From Somniosus microcephalus (lineage: Eukaryota), in the NCBI GenBank assembly GCA_052327205.1, contig CM126224.1, positions 40,052,001-40,116,000 of the forward strand: DNA of 64,000 nt. Direction: 5' to 3'. This document shows, one piece after another, positions 51,592 to 64,000 of the stretch (the first letter of the stretch is position 1; each line of letters starts with the position of its first letter). Both the position numbers and the translations under genes were made by a program. The notes beneath the pieces were generated by a model that made no database searches, had not been told where the DNA came from, and saw nothing but the letters and a program-made list of their open reading frames with translations.

Positions 51592-52482
51592 GTAAGATCT
51601 TTTACGCCACGATTGTGGGCTTTCATTGGCAGACTCCAAAAACGCCAAGTCTTGCCTTGGTTATTGTATTCCTTTATTGGAAAAGGCAAATTTGCTTTGA
51701 GTGTTTACAGCTGGGCAGGCAGAGGTAGATCAGTGTCTTTGAGCATTATTGTTACCCTTACATTAATACCATGCCATAATCCATCCACAGAAGCTGGAGG
51801 CATATTGGCTGAGGTGACAGCCTATGGAGGTCCCTCCTACATGTTCACCTGACAGAACAGCCAACATAAGCGATAACTGTAACTATAAAAACACACAACA
51901 CTTCATCCAACAGGGCAGTGGAGAACCAATTGCTTGTTTGAAACCTTAAATAATATTTCAGCCACTTATACTTGTCTTAATAATGATAAGATAGCATGCA
52001 TTTGATAAATGTATATTAAGTCCCTGCAGTCTAATGCTGGTAAAACTCTAAGATTATATTAACTGGAGGGTTATGGAATGTGTCTCTTAAAGTTCTATGC
52101 CACAAACTCTCAGTGTGGTGGGTTGAGTAATGGCTTAAAGGAATCTTCTTTTTAAATAAACAAAACTACATAACATGTAATGCAAAGAAGAGTAAATGGT
52201 TGGCAGTGAGTTTCAGGTTATAAATCATTCTCTGGGTTGTGCTGATGCTCAGAATTGAGCTTTTCTGTCTCAGTTGTCATCAGATACATTCTGCATGTGG
52301 CCACACTGGTCTGCGCTTTGTTATAAAGGCGAGACTGGTTTACTTTACTTAAACATTGAATACCCTTTTTGAAAATGAGATCAAGATAAGGTTCTTGTCA
52401 GTTGATAATATTTTGTAGTTTGGAAATCTTATATTATAATTGTTCTTGTGACTGTCTCCTTGAAGAAAGGTGTGGTGTTACA

Positions 52483-52755
52483 TAAAGCAGTCTGCTTGAC
52501 CGTCACTCCTTCCACCAGCTCAAAACATCCACTCCCTCCACCGTGCCGTGGCTGCAGTGTGTGCTATCTACAGGGCGCAGTGTGTGCTATCTACAGGGCG
52601 CAGTGTGTGCTATCTACAGGGCACATTGCAGCAAGTCGCCAAGGCTTCTTCTTTGGCCAACCCACCAAACCCGCAATCTCCACCACCTAGAAGAAAAGGG
52701 CAGCAGGTGCATGGGAACACCACCACCTCCAAATTCTCCTCCAAGTCACACACCA
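52483..52755 (+). mobile_element. Non-LTR retrotransposon ORF2 C-terminal fragment
   Basis: HSLHRAVAAVCAIYR..HCSKSPRLL-type translation, resembling the post-RT region of CR1/L2-group LINEs. Confidence 0.6.
52554..52622 (+). repeat. 23-bp tandem repeat, 3 identical copies
   Basis: (GCAGTGTGTGCTATCTACAGGGC)x3. Confidence 0.95.
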
Positions 52756-54457
52756 AACTTGGCAGGTGTAGAAAAATGTTTCTTTATGACATTCAGAAAT
52801 AGCTGAATCCATGTTTCTTCTGTAAATAATAGCACCAGCAGAACTTAGAACTTCTCACACAACAGACACCTCAGATAACTTAACAAGGGGGAATGGTGGA
52901 CATCAAGCAGGAAGGAAGTTAGATAGTGGGACCAAAGGCTGATCAAGATATACAATTTAGGAAGTTACTGAAGCCAGGAAAAGCATGATCCTGAAGAGAA
53001 TTCTAGAGGATAGGGGCTTAAAGATACGTCTTCTTTGGTAGGGCAAATAGGAAGAGAGAACAAGCAAAGATCGCAAGTCAGAGGGATGGAGCATGCAGTT
53101 TAGGACATATGGCTGGAGAATGTTACTCAAATAGGGGTTTCCCTCTGATGCATGGAATGGGAAAAGACTAATTTTGAGTGATCAAGCTCACTCCTTCAAT
53201 AGACCATGTACAATTGCCCCATTATGCCTAATGTATCTAATTTTTCAGGTCGTCTCAGATCTTCAGAATTTGTCAAGTGTAGCTCCAGATTATCCATTTA
53301 TTCATACTTCTCCATTCATCAACCCTGGTTTTCACAGATGGGACCTTCATAGTCCTAAATAAATATCAACATGATATTTTGTATGGTAAATATTTATCAT
53401 AGCATCGGAAATATCATGTTCCATGGAGCATTCGATCATTACTGCCTATACTCATCTCCACAATCTTGAATCCCATTCCTAACCAGATATTTGTCCAGTC
53501 CTTTTTTGCAGTTGATCCTCAAAACTAAAATGCTTTGACAGAGGTTCGTGCTCCACATATCCACTATATGAAGAGAAGTTAAAAAAAATTATTTTCCAGT
53601 CTTGTTTGAGGTTTCTTCATTTTATACTAGTTTGACATTCATGGTCAAATTTAAATAGCCACTTGCACCTTTATTAGCTGTAGCCCTCAACAGCTTAAAA
53701 GTACAGACCAGGTTTTCCTCAATGTTCAATTCTACAGTGAAAAGAAGTTCAACTGTGAGTCTCACCTCATAAATTAGAGCACTAAGTAAGCAGAACCATC
53801 CCTGTTGTTCTTCTGTGAACCCTTTCCAAAGCATAAATATTCCTTTGACAGTAGGGTATCTACTATTTCCTCTTCTTCCCTGTGAGAAAACTTAGCCTTT
53901 TCTTGCCCTCTGCTCAAGTTCAGATTTCCATGTGGAACAGTGCTGTGACAAATACGAATTACTACACTAACGAATTGTAGTGCTCTACTGCCAGACTCCC
54001 CGCCACCCCCTATAACCCCTCCCCCATTTTTCACACTGTACAGATCTCTGTGGGCCATGTGCCTCGAGACCGAGAGCACTGTCAGGTGATCTGCAGCCAC
54101 ATCTCTGCCAACCGTTCGCTTTTCCCAGCCACTGTGAGGCAAACAGCAATAGCCCAACAATAACTCATCCACCTTTCTTTCCCGTTCCCACATTAACGAG
54201 ATACCTGGCCTCCACTGCAGCATCTCCACCGAGCAGCATTCCCAAGATCAGGAACTCTGTGGAATGTGTTGAGGGAAGGACAAAGAGGAACCTGGGATTC
54301 TCTGCTCCCTAGTGCCTAATGTGCTGTGTCACCTTGCTGTCCATATTCACAGGAGTAGGAGGATGAGCAGTTCTCCCTCCCAAAACAGACAAGGGTTATT
54401 CTCTCTTCTGATTCAGGAACGTTTTTTTCTATCATATTAAGTATTTTTAAATAGGAG

Positions 54458-54645
54458 AGGGTATCTCTTGACTTTGTACGATAATTTAAAATGGGCGATA
54501 GTGAGTCGGCAGCCTGTTTTCCATCACTCACGATTTTTATTTACTTTGACTTCAATGGAAATAAAAATTGGGAGAGATGTTAAAAAAAGGCTGGCAACTT
54601 GCTATTACCTGTTTTACACTACCGCACAAAGTCGAGATCTGCCCT
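54458..54645. mobile_element. Palindromic Harbinger/Chompy-like MITE
   Basis: AGGGTATCTCTTGACTTTGT / ACAAAGTCGAGATCTGCCCT; central TTGACTTCAATGG; GAG on both flanks. Confidence 0.7.
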
Positions 54646-57420
54646 GAGGTTTCTTAAACATTATAGCCAGGAATTTATGCTTTGTGATGTTATTGTATGA
54701 ATGCTTAATATGTCTGTATCAAATTCCCCTGTCAACTATTTTAACAGAGGATTACCCTATTGATTTTAAACTTATTAACAACACAGGTAAAATCATGTAC
54801 AAACAAATTTTACTCAAACGTGTTAACTGATGTCCCATCAGTGGGAAGTTAAATTCCCCAATACTTTGGTGGTTCCTTTGTATCAAAAAGCCGACCTATA
54901 ATAATGGAAAGGGACCTTTAATTCATTGAGAGGTTGCTCATCAAGATGTGCTCTGCCTCATTTGATTCTCACCAAAATCTATACCTCTGAAGAATATTTC
55001 TCCAGCTATGTTACTTGGTTCCGCTTCCCCATACGTCATCCTCCAGTTATACCTTGATGGGTAAAAAAGAAGTTTGGATCTGAGAGGGTTAATGTCATAA
55101 TTTCCAATCTGAATTCTTATTCATGCCATACTAAAGGACATACGTGGCTACAGTGCATAGATTTATAACTCCGCTTATAGAGACCTCATATAAAGCACTC
55201 ACTCTATAACACTCCCCCATCACTGTAACATTTTTTTGTATGATTGCCAAAGAAAGCCTTATGGAAGGGATTTAGGGTAATGTGACGATTTACAATGTAG
55301 GGTCATAAATTAAATTCAGCTTTTCTGCCTGCAATATGGATTAGTAAATTTATTTTGTGATCTTAGTCATACTCTGCTTTACTTAATTGCTCTGAGACTC
55401 AAGTTACCCAGTGCAGTGTGCATAAATTTAATCCAGTCTCTTCACTACCTTAATCGCAAAGGAACTAAAGAGACTGGTTACCAATAATAGACGTTTTGTG
55501 GACGATACACATATATATTTTCTACTTTTCCTTGCCAACCTTTGCTCTGCAAAAGACATTGATTCCACGCTGGGGTACAGTTTGACAGGTATCTGGCGCG
55601 CCTTGTCAACATGGCCATTTGCACACGTGCACCTTGACAGCGAGAGTCAGGAAATGATTTGGCTATGTAGGGCGTCACGTTCGAACCTGATCCAGGCCTT
55701 GCCACATGGGCACTCACACTCACACTCACTTCCAGGAGTCGCTGGATATCAGTCGGGAGCTGGGGGGAGGGTTTCCATCCCTAACCCAAGTAGCCGAGAT
55801 CAGTTGCAGCATCCTGACCACTGCCCCAGTGAGAGCAGCCAGCTCAGCACAGACCAGCGATCAAACCTAGTACCTCCCTGGTTCCGCTGCTCACTGGGTA
55901 CCACTTGCTGTGCCACCGGGGAGACCGTACATATGTTTTTTTTCTTCTCTAATTTGGCAACGTGACAAATAACAGGAACAGCGAGCATTCGGGAGGTCAA
56001 GGAAAGTTTCCAGGGCAGGGCGAAGGTTGGTATGTAATTGTGAGGCTTGCAGGTGCACTGTGTAGCCCTCCATGTCCTGTCTAAATAGAAACCAGCAGCT
56101 ATTCCCAGCTTAGAAATTGAATCGACAGGCGAGCTCTCTAGAAATGCAGGGCATGTATTCAACACAGGAATGATTCAACATATCCATGGGGAGACCTCAC
56201 ATAGTAATAAAATCCTTCATGAATGTAAGTAATGATTAGATATAAATAGCTTGTGAGGCAAGGTTATGTATTCTCAAGGCAATACGAGGCTAATTTTGCT
56301 TTAAATTTTAATGACAAAATAATGAAATCCATTAGCTTTCAGTATTAAATGAACGCATTTACACCCAGCCAAGAAACATGTCAAATCTTATTCGACCTTA
56401 CTGATGGGATATGCAGAGAATAATGATCTCTCCATTGATCCCGTTAGGGGAAAAAATGGGAACATTTCTCCAGGGTTTCCTGGTAGGGAATATAGCTAGA
56501 AGTATTTCTCCATCCAAGTTCCTGAAGGAATACTGTCCTAAAGACGAGAGATAGAAAAGTAAATGCACACATGGCATTTTTTTGTCTCTATAGCGGTAGC
56601 AATAGTAAATTTATATCTTACAAAAACTATTCAGACAGCATGATTGACAATCAAATAATGTGGCGAGAATCTATGAACCCACTCCACTACAGATTATACA
56701 CAGACCCCACCCCCCCCCGAGGTATAAATTAAATACTAAATGCATACCTAACAGATTTACCATGCTCAAGAAAGCACCAGCAGCAAGTATAGTTACCATG
56801 GATTTTATGATGATGAATTGGCCTGTCTCAGGTGCCTAGACTCATTGTAGACAAATAAAATTGTGTTAATCCTTCCACCAAACAGTCAGCAGATCATTCA
56901 CATGAACTACCTTTCAAAATATTTGATATATATTCTTTATTAAAAAGTTCTTCCTGTTACATGCTGATAGAATGTTTGTGTTCCCAATAAGTATTTTCAG
57001 AATGAAACAGAAAAACTTCAGTAACATTTTCAGAATTTCACTTCTCTTTCCCTTATTTCCCGACTGCCACCTACTCCCCGCCTCATTCGAAGATCAGGAC
57101 TTGTTGTGGGGCACCATTCCGTAGCCACTGGCGTGCCTGTAGCACGTCATCCAAGTTGCTATTCGACATGCACAAGACTGTTCAGTGAATGCTGATGGGT
57201 TCTTTGACCGGGAGGAGGTGGGGGGGGGGAAGTCATTACACGTGAGCTCGATTCATTCTCTCTCTCTTATGTCAACACATGCAGTTTACAGCAGGGTCCT
57301 TGGATAACAACTAGCAGTAGGAACGCTGGCTGACCTTCTTCCTTTTCTAGGCCATGGGTGCTGAGGCCAGTAGTGCCGCGCTGAAATTACATTTTAATCT
57401 GGATATACAGGTATATAGTA

Positions 57421-57757
57421 CAGGAAACTTTCGGGTATCCGGCACTGACGGGACCGACGTGTTGCCGGTTCATCAACAATTCCGGATAACCGAACGCTAT
57501 AGTTAAAACATACGGAGCTTCTGAGCTCCGTATCTAGCAACAAACCCTGTTGCTTAGCAACAGCTTCAAAACAATCAGCACAGCTTGCAAGCGTCTCTGT
57601 TGCTTAGCGACAGCTTCAGTTAGACGCTTGCACAGCCAGAATGAGTAAAAAAAAAGTATCTAAAAGTAAAAAAAAAGTTACCTGAACTGACTCCTGAATT
57701 TTGCCGGTTAACCGACATTTCCAGTTATTTAGTGGCCGGTTAATCGAAAGTTTCCTG
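57421..57757 (+). mobile_element. TA-flanked pogo/Tigger-like MITE
   Basis: TIR CAGGAAACTTTCG / CGAAAGTTTCCTG; TA TSD; GTTGCTTAGCAAC at 57549-57561. Confidence 0.86.
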
Positions 57758-58077
57758 TATTTGGGTTCACAAATGTAACTACAGCCGCCAAGTGTGTTAA
57801 AGTGGACTGAGGTAAATTCTGTCCTGCTGGGTTTGAGAAGTATTTCTGTGCTATTCAATGTAAGAATGTTATTGCTAAGCTCCTACGATGGCACAGTCAA
57901 TTTATCCAGTAATTAGCTGAGCCATAAGAACCAGGAAAATCTCAGGTTCAATCCCAGGTCTGATCTCAGCTAGATCAGTGGAGCATTAAAACTGTCCTCA
58001 GTATAACCCCCTTTCCCCCAACTCCAGGCAGGAAAAATATAAGCTAGGCTCCCATTCCTGAACAATTCTCTTGTGAT

Positions 58078-59132
58078 ATAAAAGCAAAATACTGCGGATG
58101 CTGGAAATCTGAAATAAAAACATTAAATGCTGGAAATACTCAGCAGGTCAGGCAGCATCTGTGGAGAGAGAAACAATCAATGGGGGGAAACTTTGCCAGC
58201 CCTGGGGAGGCGGGTATGTAGGCGGGACTGCCGGGAAAATGGCAGAAACTGGGAGCGGGTACCGAACCCGCCCCCAACCCGCCTCCGTGCCATCTTCCCT
58301 GGAGGCGGGTCCTCGGCTCACTCAGGGTCCCGTCTCCTCGAGGCGGGAAGGGGATTACAGCCAATTAACTGCCTGTTAACAGGTAGTTAAGAGGATTATT
58401 CCCATTTTACCCACACAAGTGTGGGCTTCCCAAAGGCTGCGAACCTCGCCAGGGTCAGCGAGGCGAGCAGTGGGTCTGCGGGGGTGAGAAGGGTCGAAAA
58501 GTGCGCTGCGGAGGTGAGTGATGGGTGCAAGTGTGGAGAGGTAAGTATGAGAGCTGAGTGTAGAGTGTTAGGAAAAATTTACTTACTTTTGCTTCTTCCT
58601 GCAGGCTTCAACCCTTGGGGATCCGGAGGTGCCTCATCTCAACGGCAGAGATGACAGAATGGCTGCTGCATTCTCCGATACAGCAGCCATCTGATTTCTG
58701 CTCAGAAAAGAGGTTTGGTGAGTCTTCAGTACAAAGACTCACCTTAGAACAGAAATTGTCAGTGTTTGACAGCTTCTCAAAGCTGTCAAAAGCTTACAAT
58801 TCATCTGTCAAAAATTTTTGACAGATGAAACGTCATACGCTGACGTCCTCTGTCACCGGCTTTCCCTTAATTGGCCGGCTTAACAAGGTCAATCAAGGGA
58901 AAATAGCGTGGGTTGGCCAAACATCGTTGGGGGCGGGACTAAAGCCCGAAAACCATCAGTCTCGCTCCCAACGCGCCCCCATTGATAAAATCCAGCCCAA
59001 CATTTCAGGTCGATGACCCTTCATCAGAACCCCCAGTTCTGGCGAAGGATCATCGACCTGAAACGTTAACTCTTGTTTCTCTCTCCACAAATGCTGCCTG
59101 ACCTGCTGAGTATTTCCAGCATTTTCTGTTTT
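58078..59132 (-). mobile_element. Penelope-derived fold-back element split by a Harbinger-type MITE
   Basis: Left arm 58078-58175, resumes at ~59000 with back-to-back hammerhead motifs: minus CTGATGA-A-GGGTC-ATC-GACCT-GAAA (59003-59027); plus CTGGCGA..GAAACGTTAACT (59039-59071). Confidence 0.78.
58182..58998. mobile_element. Harbinger-type non-autonomous element
   Basis: Colinear similarity to 59326-60153; imperfect termini GGGGGGAAACTTT / AAAATCCAGCCC. Confidence 0.75.
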
Positions 59133-59268
59133 AATTCTGTGCATGTGTATCGATATCTGGTGATTGGGCTAAACTGCAATGACTCACCTCACCACCAACA
59201 AAAGAAGGAACTTGCATGACCTCAGGACCAAAGTGCTTCACTGCCAATGACTTTTGAAGCGTAGTCAC

Positions 59269-60319
59269 CAACGTTCCCTCTCGGCCGCACAGCTGTGTGC
59301 CCGTCCCATGCAGCCTGGGACCAGCGGGGGCGATTTTGCCAGCCCCGGGGAGGCGGGTGTGGAGGCGGGACTGCTGGGAAAATGGCAGAATTTGGGGGGG
59401 GGGTGCCCAACCCGCCACCATGCCATCTTCCCAGGAGGCGGGGCGCCGTCCCACACCGGGTCCCGTCTCCTTGGAGGCGGGAAGGAATTAAAGCCTATTA
59501 ACAGGTAGTTAACAGGCAGAAAATAGGATTATCCCCTTTTTGCCCTCACAAATGCGGGCTTCCTGAATGCTCCAAAACCCGCCAGCGAGGCGAGGCGAGT
59601 ACTGGGTCTGCGGGGGTCGGGGGGGGGGGGTGCAAAAGTGTAGTGTGCAGGTAAGTGATGGGTGCAAGAGTGTAGAGGTGAGTGTCTGAGGTAAGTGCAA
59701 ACTGTTTTTAAACGTGTACTTACCTTTGTTTCTTCCTGCAGGCTTCAGTCGGTTTGTACACGGAGAGTCTCGCACCTCCATGTTGCAGATGAGAGATGGC
59801 CGTCGAATTCTCAGTGCAACAAACATCTCATTTCTGTAAAAGAAAGAAGGCTGATGAGGTCTTGTATGCAAGACCTCATCAAACTGCAGAGAATGTCAGT
59901 GTTTGACAGCTTCACAGAGCTGTCAAACGATGACAATTCATCTGTCAACATTTTTTGACAGATGAAACGTCATACGTTGATGTGCTTTGCAACTGGCTTT
60001 CCCTTAATTGGCCTGCTAAGCCCGCTGGGCGAGCTCAACAAGGTCATTCAAGGGAAAATAACGTGGGTTGGCCACAAATCGATAGAGGTGGGACATCGAC
60101 CCGACAAGCAGCAGTCCCACCTCCAACGCGCCCCCATTCACAAAATCGCTCCCAGCTTTTCAAATGTGAAATTTCGCACATGCACCTAACTTTGAATGGG
60201 CCGAGTTCACATGTAATGACTTCCCCCACCTCCTCCCAGTCAAAGATACCATCAGCATTCACTGAAGAGGCTCGTTAAAGGGACCACACCCCCCCCCCAA
60301 ACAATTAGGGGGAGCATTG
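59269..60319. mobile_element. hAT-type MITE (family of 10528-10999 and ~32315-32452)
   Basis: Termini CAACGTTCCCTCT / AGGGGGAGCATTG; perfect 8-bp TSD GTAGTCAC (59261-59268, 60320-60327). Confidence 0.82.
59326..60153. mobile_element. Harbinger-type non-autonomous element
   Basis: 13-bp TIR GGGGGCGATTTTG / CAAAATCGCTCCC; 3-bp TSD AGC. Confidence 0.83.
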
Positions 60320-61918
60320 GTAGTCACTATTGTAATTTAGGGAAACATGGCAGCCAATTTGTCCGCAGCAAGGTCCCACAAACAACAGTGAGGTAAATGA
60401 CTAAATAATCTGTTTTCGTAATGTTGGTTGAGGGAAAAATAGTGGCCAAAGACACAAGGAGAACTTTTCTTTGAAAAGTGCCACGGGATCTTTTACATCC
60501 AGCAGGTGGGGCCTCAGTTTAACATCTCATTTGAAAGACGACACCTCTGACAGTGCGCTGCTCCCCCAGTATATTCAGCCTAGGTGACATGCTCAAGTCT
60601 CTGAAGTGGAGCTTGCACTCATGTCCTTCTGACTCGGAGGCAGGAACGCTACCGCTGCTGCAAGTCTGACAATAGCCTTTTAATGCTCAAAGTCTAGGTT
60701 CATACATGAAAAATGGCATTCGTCCAACGTACCGGAGGGTGCTAGCACCTGCCGAACTGTACTCCAACATGATTCATTGCCTTCAGGAAAGGAGGGGAAA
60801 ATACTGGAAAAACAAATGTTTGAAAGGAACATGAAAAATAAGGGACCAGCTCTATTAATAAGAGAAGATTCCACAGCAAATTAACAAATGATCCAACCTC
60901 AGTTGAGAGGGTTGGGTGAAAGAAAATAATCAGAAATCACGTTAGAAAAAACCAAGTCAAGAGGGGAAAAAAATGGCATGGAATAACTTGAGAAAATAAG
61001 AGAGCCGCTTTTTGTCGCCTAATGCAATCCATTATGTTCGCACACAGCACTATTGTGTACAGTTTTGGTCACTGTACTTCGATAAAATATTAAAGGGAGT
61101 GGAAAGGGTTCACGAAAAGGTGAAATGGAAAGTAGAATGCCTTAAATGGCAGCTATGGAAGCAAAAATCTGTTGTCATAGTCAGGTAGGGTGGGGGCGGG
61201 GGGCGTCAAGAATGTGGAGGGGATCAAGATCCAAAGCAAGAATCTGGGAGGATGGAGAGAAGTTCTGTGAACTAAAGCAGAAAACAAAGGGACATTTCAC
61301 AAGAAGAGAAATACAAAGTTTCACATCACAGCAGGAGAGGGATGAAAATCATCTGACTGGATCTTGTTCATAGCCATAACCAGTAGCATGAGCCAGGGAG
61401 GCTTCTCTCAATCCTACTTCAAACACTCTATCTTCATTCTAAGACTCTCAGTTCAAACATATTTTAACTGTATGGTTTCTGGACCTGAACTCTCAACTTA
61501 TTTTCCCACACATAGCCCACCAACATGCTAAGTGTCAGTCAGAAAAGATCTGGACTGTGTCACCCAGCACATGAATAGCTTTCCTTGAGAACAGTTATAA
61601 ATAAGGATGGGACCAGCAGTAGTGAATATTCAGTGACAAACTAACAACATCAAAGTACCTCGAGATGTTTATTTTTCATCCGTCCTCTGAGAAGACGACA
61701 AGCTGCATATACTTCACGTTGAAGAAAATTATATTTTATTCAGAACTGTGTGGTCAACAACTGAGAAACTTTAAAAGCAACTTTTAAATCAGAAAGTAAG
61801 TGCAACCCTAAATATAAATAATCTACATCAAAATCTTGTAAGCGAGAACATTAATGCATCTTTCTTCACTAAAAGCAATTTATGTGCTGTACATAAGCTC
61901 ATCTTCAGCACATGAGGA

Positions 61919-62110
61919 TAGAAACATAGAAACGTAGAAGATAGGAGCAGGAGTAGGCCATTCGGCCCCTCGAGCCTGTTCCGCCATTTAATGAGATCAT
62001 GGTTGATCATCCAAACTCAGTACCCTATCCCTGCTTTCTTCCCATATCCCTTGATCCCTTTAGCCTTAAGAAATATATCTAACTCCTTCTTGAATATATT
62101 TAATGAATTG
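61919..62110 (-). mobile_element. CR1 LINE 3' fragment
   Basis: NSLNIFKKELDIFLKAKGIKGYGKKAGIGY plus 3' UTR; same subfamily as 10627 and 35785 copies. Confidence 0.88.
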
Positions 62111-62600
62111 GAGAATGAAAAAGACAGCTTGGTACAGTCCGTTAAAAAATATTTACCCTGCTTTCCACGCAGGATCACAGGAACACGACGAGATGTAGGA
62201 GACACCTTTAGGAGGCTCTGCTGTCAGTGAGGAGCTTTGGCCACTGATAGCACGAGTCAGAGATTTGGACTTGCAATCTTTTGACTTGCAGCACCGCTGG
62301 GTAATGCTCCCCATGGTCGGTGTGGAGTTGACAAATTACAGCCCCCTGCCCACCACAAAGAACAGACTTTCTATGTGTTTGCTTAGACTGTTGTTGAAAG
62401 ACATTTACGTGTGTTGACTACTGTAACCTTCCGGTCCACCAGCTTTGCCCTTGTTGACTATCAGCATTTTAATCTATTCCACTGTCGAGGATATTGTTTG
62501 CTTACTATCCCCAAATTCACTTTCTAAACTAATTTAATGCACCAATTTTTCCTCCTGCCCCTCTTCCCATCTTAATGCACTGGTTTCTTGCTGGGATACA

Positions 62601-63378
62601 GGGGGTCATTTTAACCCCCAAAAAAGGGTGGGTTGGGGCCGGGTGGGAAGTTACAATTTTACAAATTTCAAACCCAAACCCAACCTGCCTGGAACCCGCC
62701 CACTTCCGGTTTCAATGGAGGTGCGACCGGGGGCGGGCACCCAAGCTGCTCTCAGGGGACGGGTCCCTCATTTAAATATGTTAATGAAGCTGCGTGCCTC
62801 AGGAAACCCGGCAGCTGAAGGGAGGTGAGGACTGCTGGATGGAACAGGTACGTGCCTTTCCAGCACTGGGACAGGAGGAGCAGAAGTTACCTTGTTACCC
62901 GAAGCTACCTTGTTAACCCCAGCGATCGGACACCATCCCCCTCGCGATCTGATGCCCTCCTGATGTCCTCCCCCCCTACCACCATGTGCTCCATAGGCAC
63001 TCTGCCTGATCTCTTCAGGCCTCCCATGATCTTCTCCCCATCTTCCCTGATCTCCCCGGGCCGCCCATCGATGTTCCCTCGACCTCTCCGGGCCCCTCCC
63101 ATTGATGCCCCCCGACCCCTGATCTCTCCAGGCTCCTCCATTGATGTCCCCCCCCCCCGACCCCCCGCCGACTCCCGATTGCTCCTCTCCTCTCTTCAGC
63201 TGCGTCCTGGTGCCGCAGGCCTATCCTCCCAATCTGCGGCCAGGAAACGAATTTCAAATTTGGTAATCAGGTCCTGCCATTCAATTCAGCAGAACCAGAG
63301 GGAAACCCGTTCTTCCAGGTTTCTTGACCGCTAAACTCACCCACCCTCCCCCCGCTCCCTCCACGCAAATAACAGGCC
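62601..63378. mobile_element. Probable Harbinger-type non-autonomous element with C-rich internal repeats
   Basis: GC-rich block with imperfect termini GGGGTCATTTT / AAATAACAGGCC and repeated CCCCGATC-like units. Confidence 0.5.
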
Positions 63379-64000
63379 ACAGTTCTGCAGACCCTTTCCA
63401 GCACCTCACCTCCATGTCCATTCTTTGAAAGTGACTGCCAGAACGCTGCTCAATCCCAATCCTGGTCGCACCCCAATGTCAATGCAAAGATAGCAGGAAT
63501 CACTTGATAGAGAATGACGTAAGAAAACTACTAGGCACTTGGTCCAAGCATCAAACAAAGCCCCAATCAACTGTTTTACAACATGGAGGTCCAGCTGTGT
63601 CCTTCACTAGTTCCCGCCAAGAGCGTCCTGCGCAAGCTGGGCCCATGCCCTAATATTTATACTCTCCCTGGACAGCGCCACCCGCAGGCCGGTCAGTATT
63701 ATTTCATAAGTCTTTCTTTCATGAATGACTGATACATGTCAGAGAACCTTCCCTGATTGTTTTCTTGTCTAAGTCCTGGGGCACTGAGGCCAATTATAAC
63801 ACCTTTACAACCCCAGCTGAGAACAGCTAACTCCGCACAGCCCTCAAATTAAACCCAGGATCTTCCCAAGTGCCGTATAGATCTCGTGATCCTATATCTC
63901 ACTGCTGTGCAGCAGATGGACCAAAAACAAAAATCCTCCCTGCTTAGCCAGCGCCACTTTGGTCTTTTTTAAAAAAAAGAAAAATCTCAGAAATACAGTT

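Larger units (their letters stand above)
59200..60650 (-). mobile_element. Deu-domain SINE interrupted by nested MITEs
   Basis: Tail 59200-59268 and body 60328-60650 join once the insert is removed. Confidence 0.7.

Noticed and set aside
62825-63334. Pro-rich 169-aa ORF
   Set aside because: Arises from C-rich internal repeats of a probable non-autonomous transposon.
51592-64000. LNR3 and terminal pappalysin exons
   Set aside because: No PF..D..CD..NNR..C.YDGGDCC-like translation seen; likely downstream of the window.

Overview
Eukaryotic, repeat-rich vertebrate genomic DNA, most likely a shark or other chondrichthyan (inferred from the CR1, Deu-domain SINE and Penelope repeat families). The only host gene is a + strand pappalysin (PAPP-A family metalloprotease). 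Six internal coding exons (30874-31057, 33397-33607, 38577-38748, 41624-41771, 47005-47114, 51520-51591) splice in frame with GT-AG boundaries and encode the C-terminal sushi/CCP modules. I did not find the flanking exons, so the rest of the window is probably intronic. The introns hold CR1 and L2 LINE fragments, SINEs (one LF-SINE-like), Harbinger-, hAT- and pogo/Tigger-type MITEs (often nested), and an internally deleted Harbinger transposon with a Myb/SANT gene remnant. The most notable system is Penelope-linked: a truncated GIY-YIG Penelope end carrying a minimal hammerhead ribozyme, plus three short fold-back elements built from the same ribozyme-bearing terminus, two of them TSD-flanked. 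Family names come from recalled consensus motifs, not database searches.
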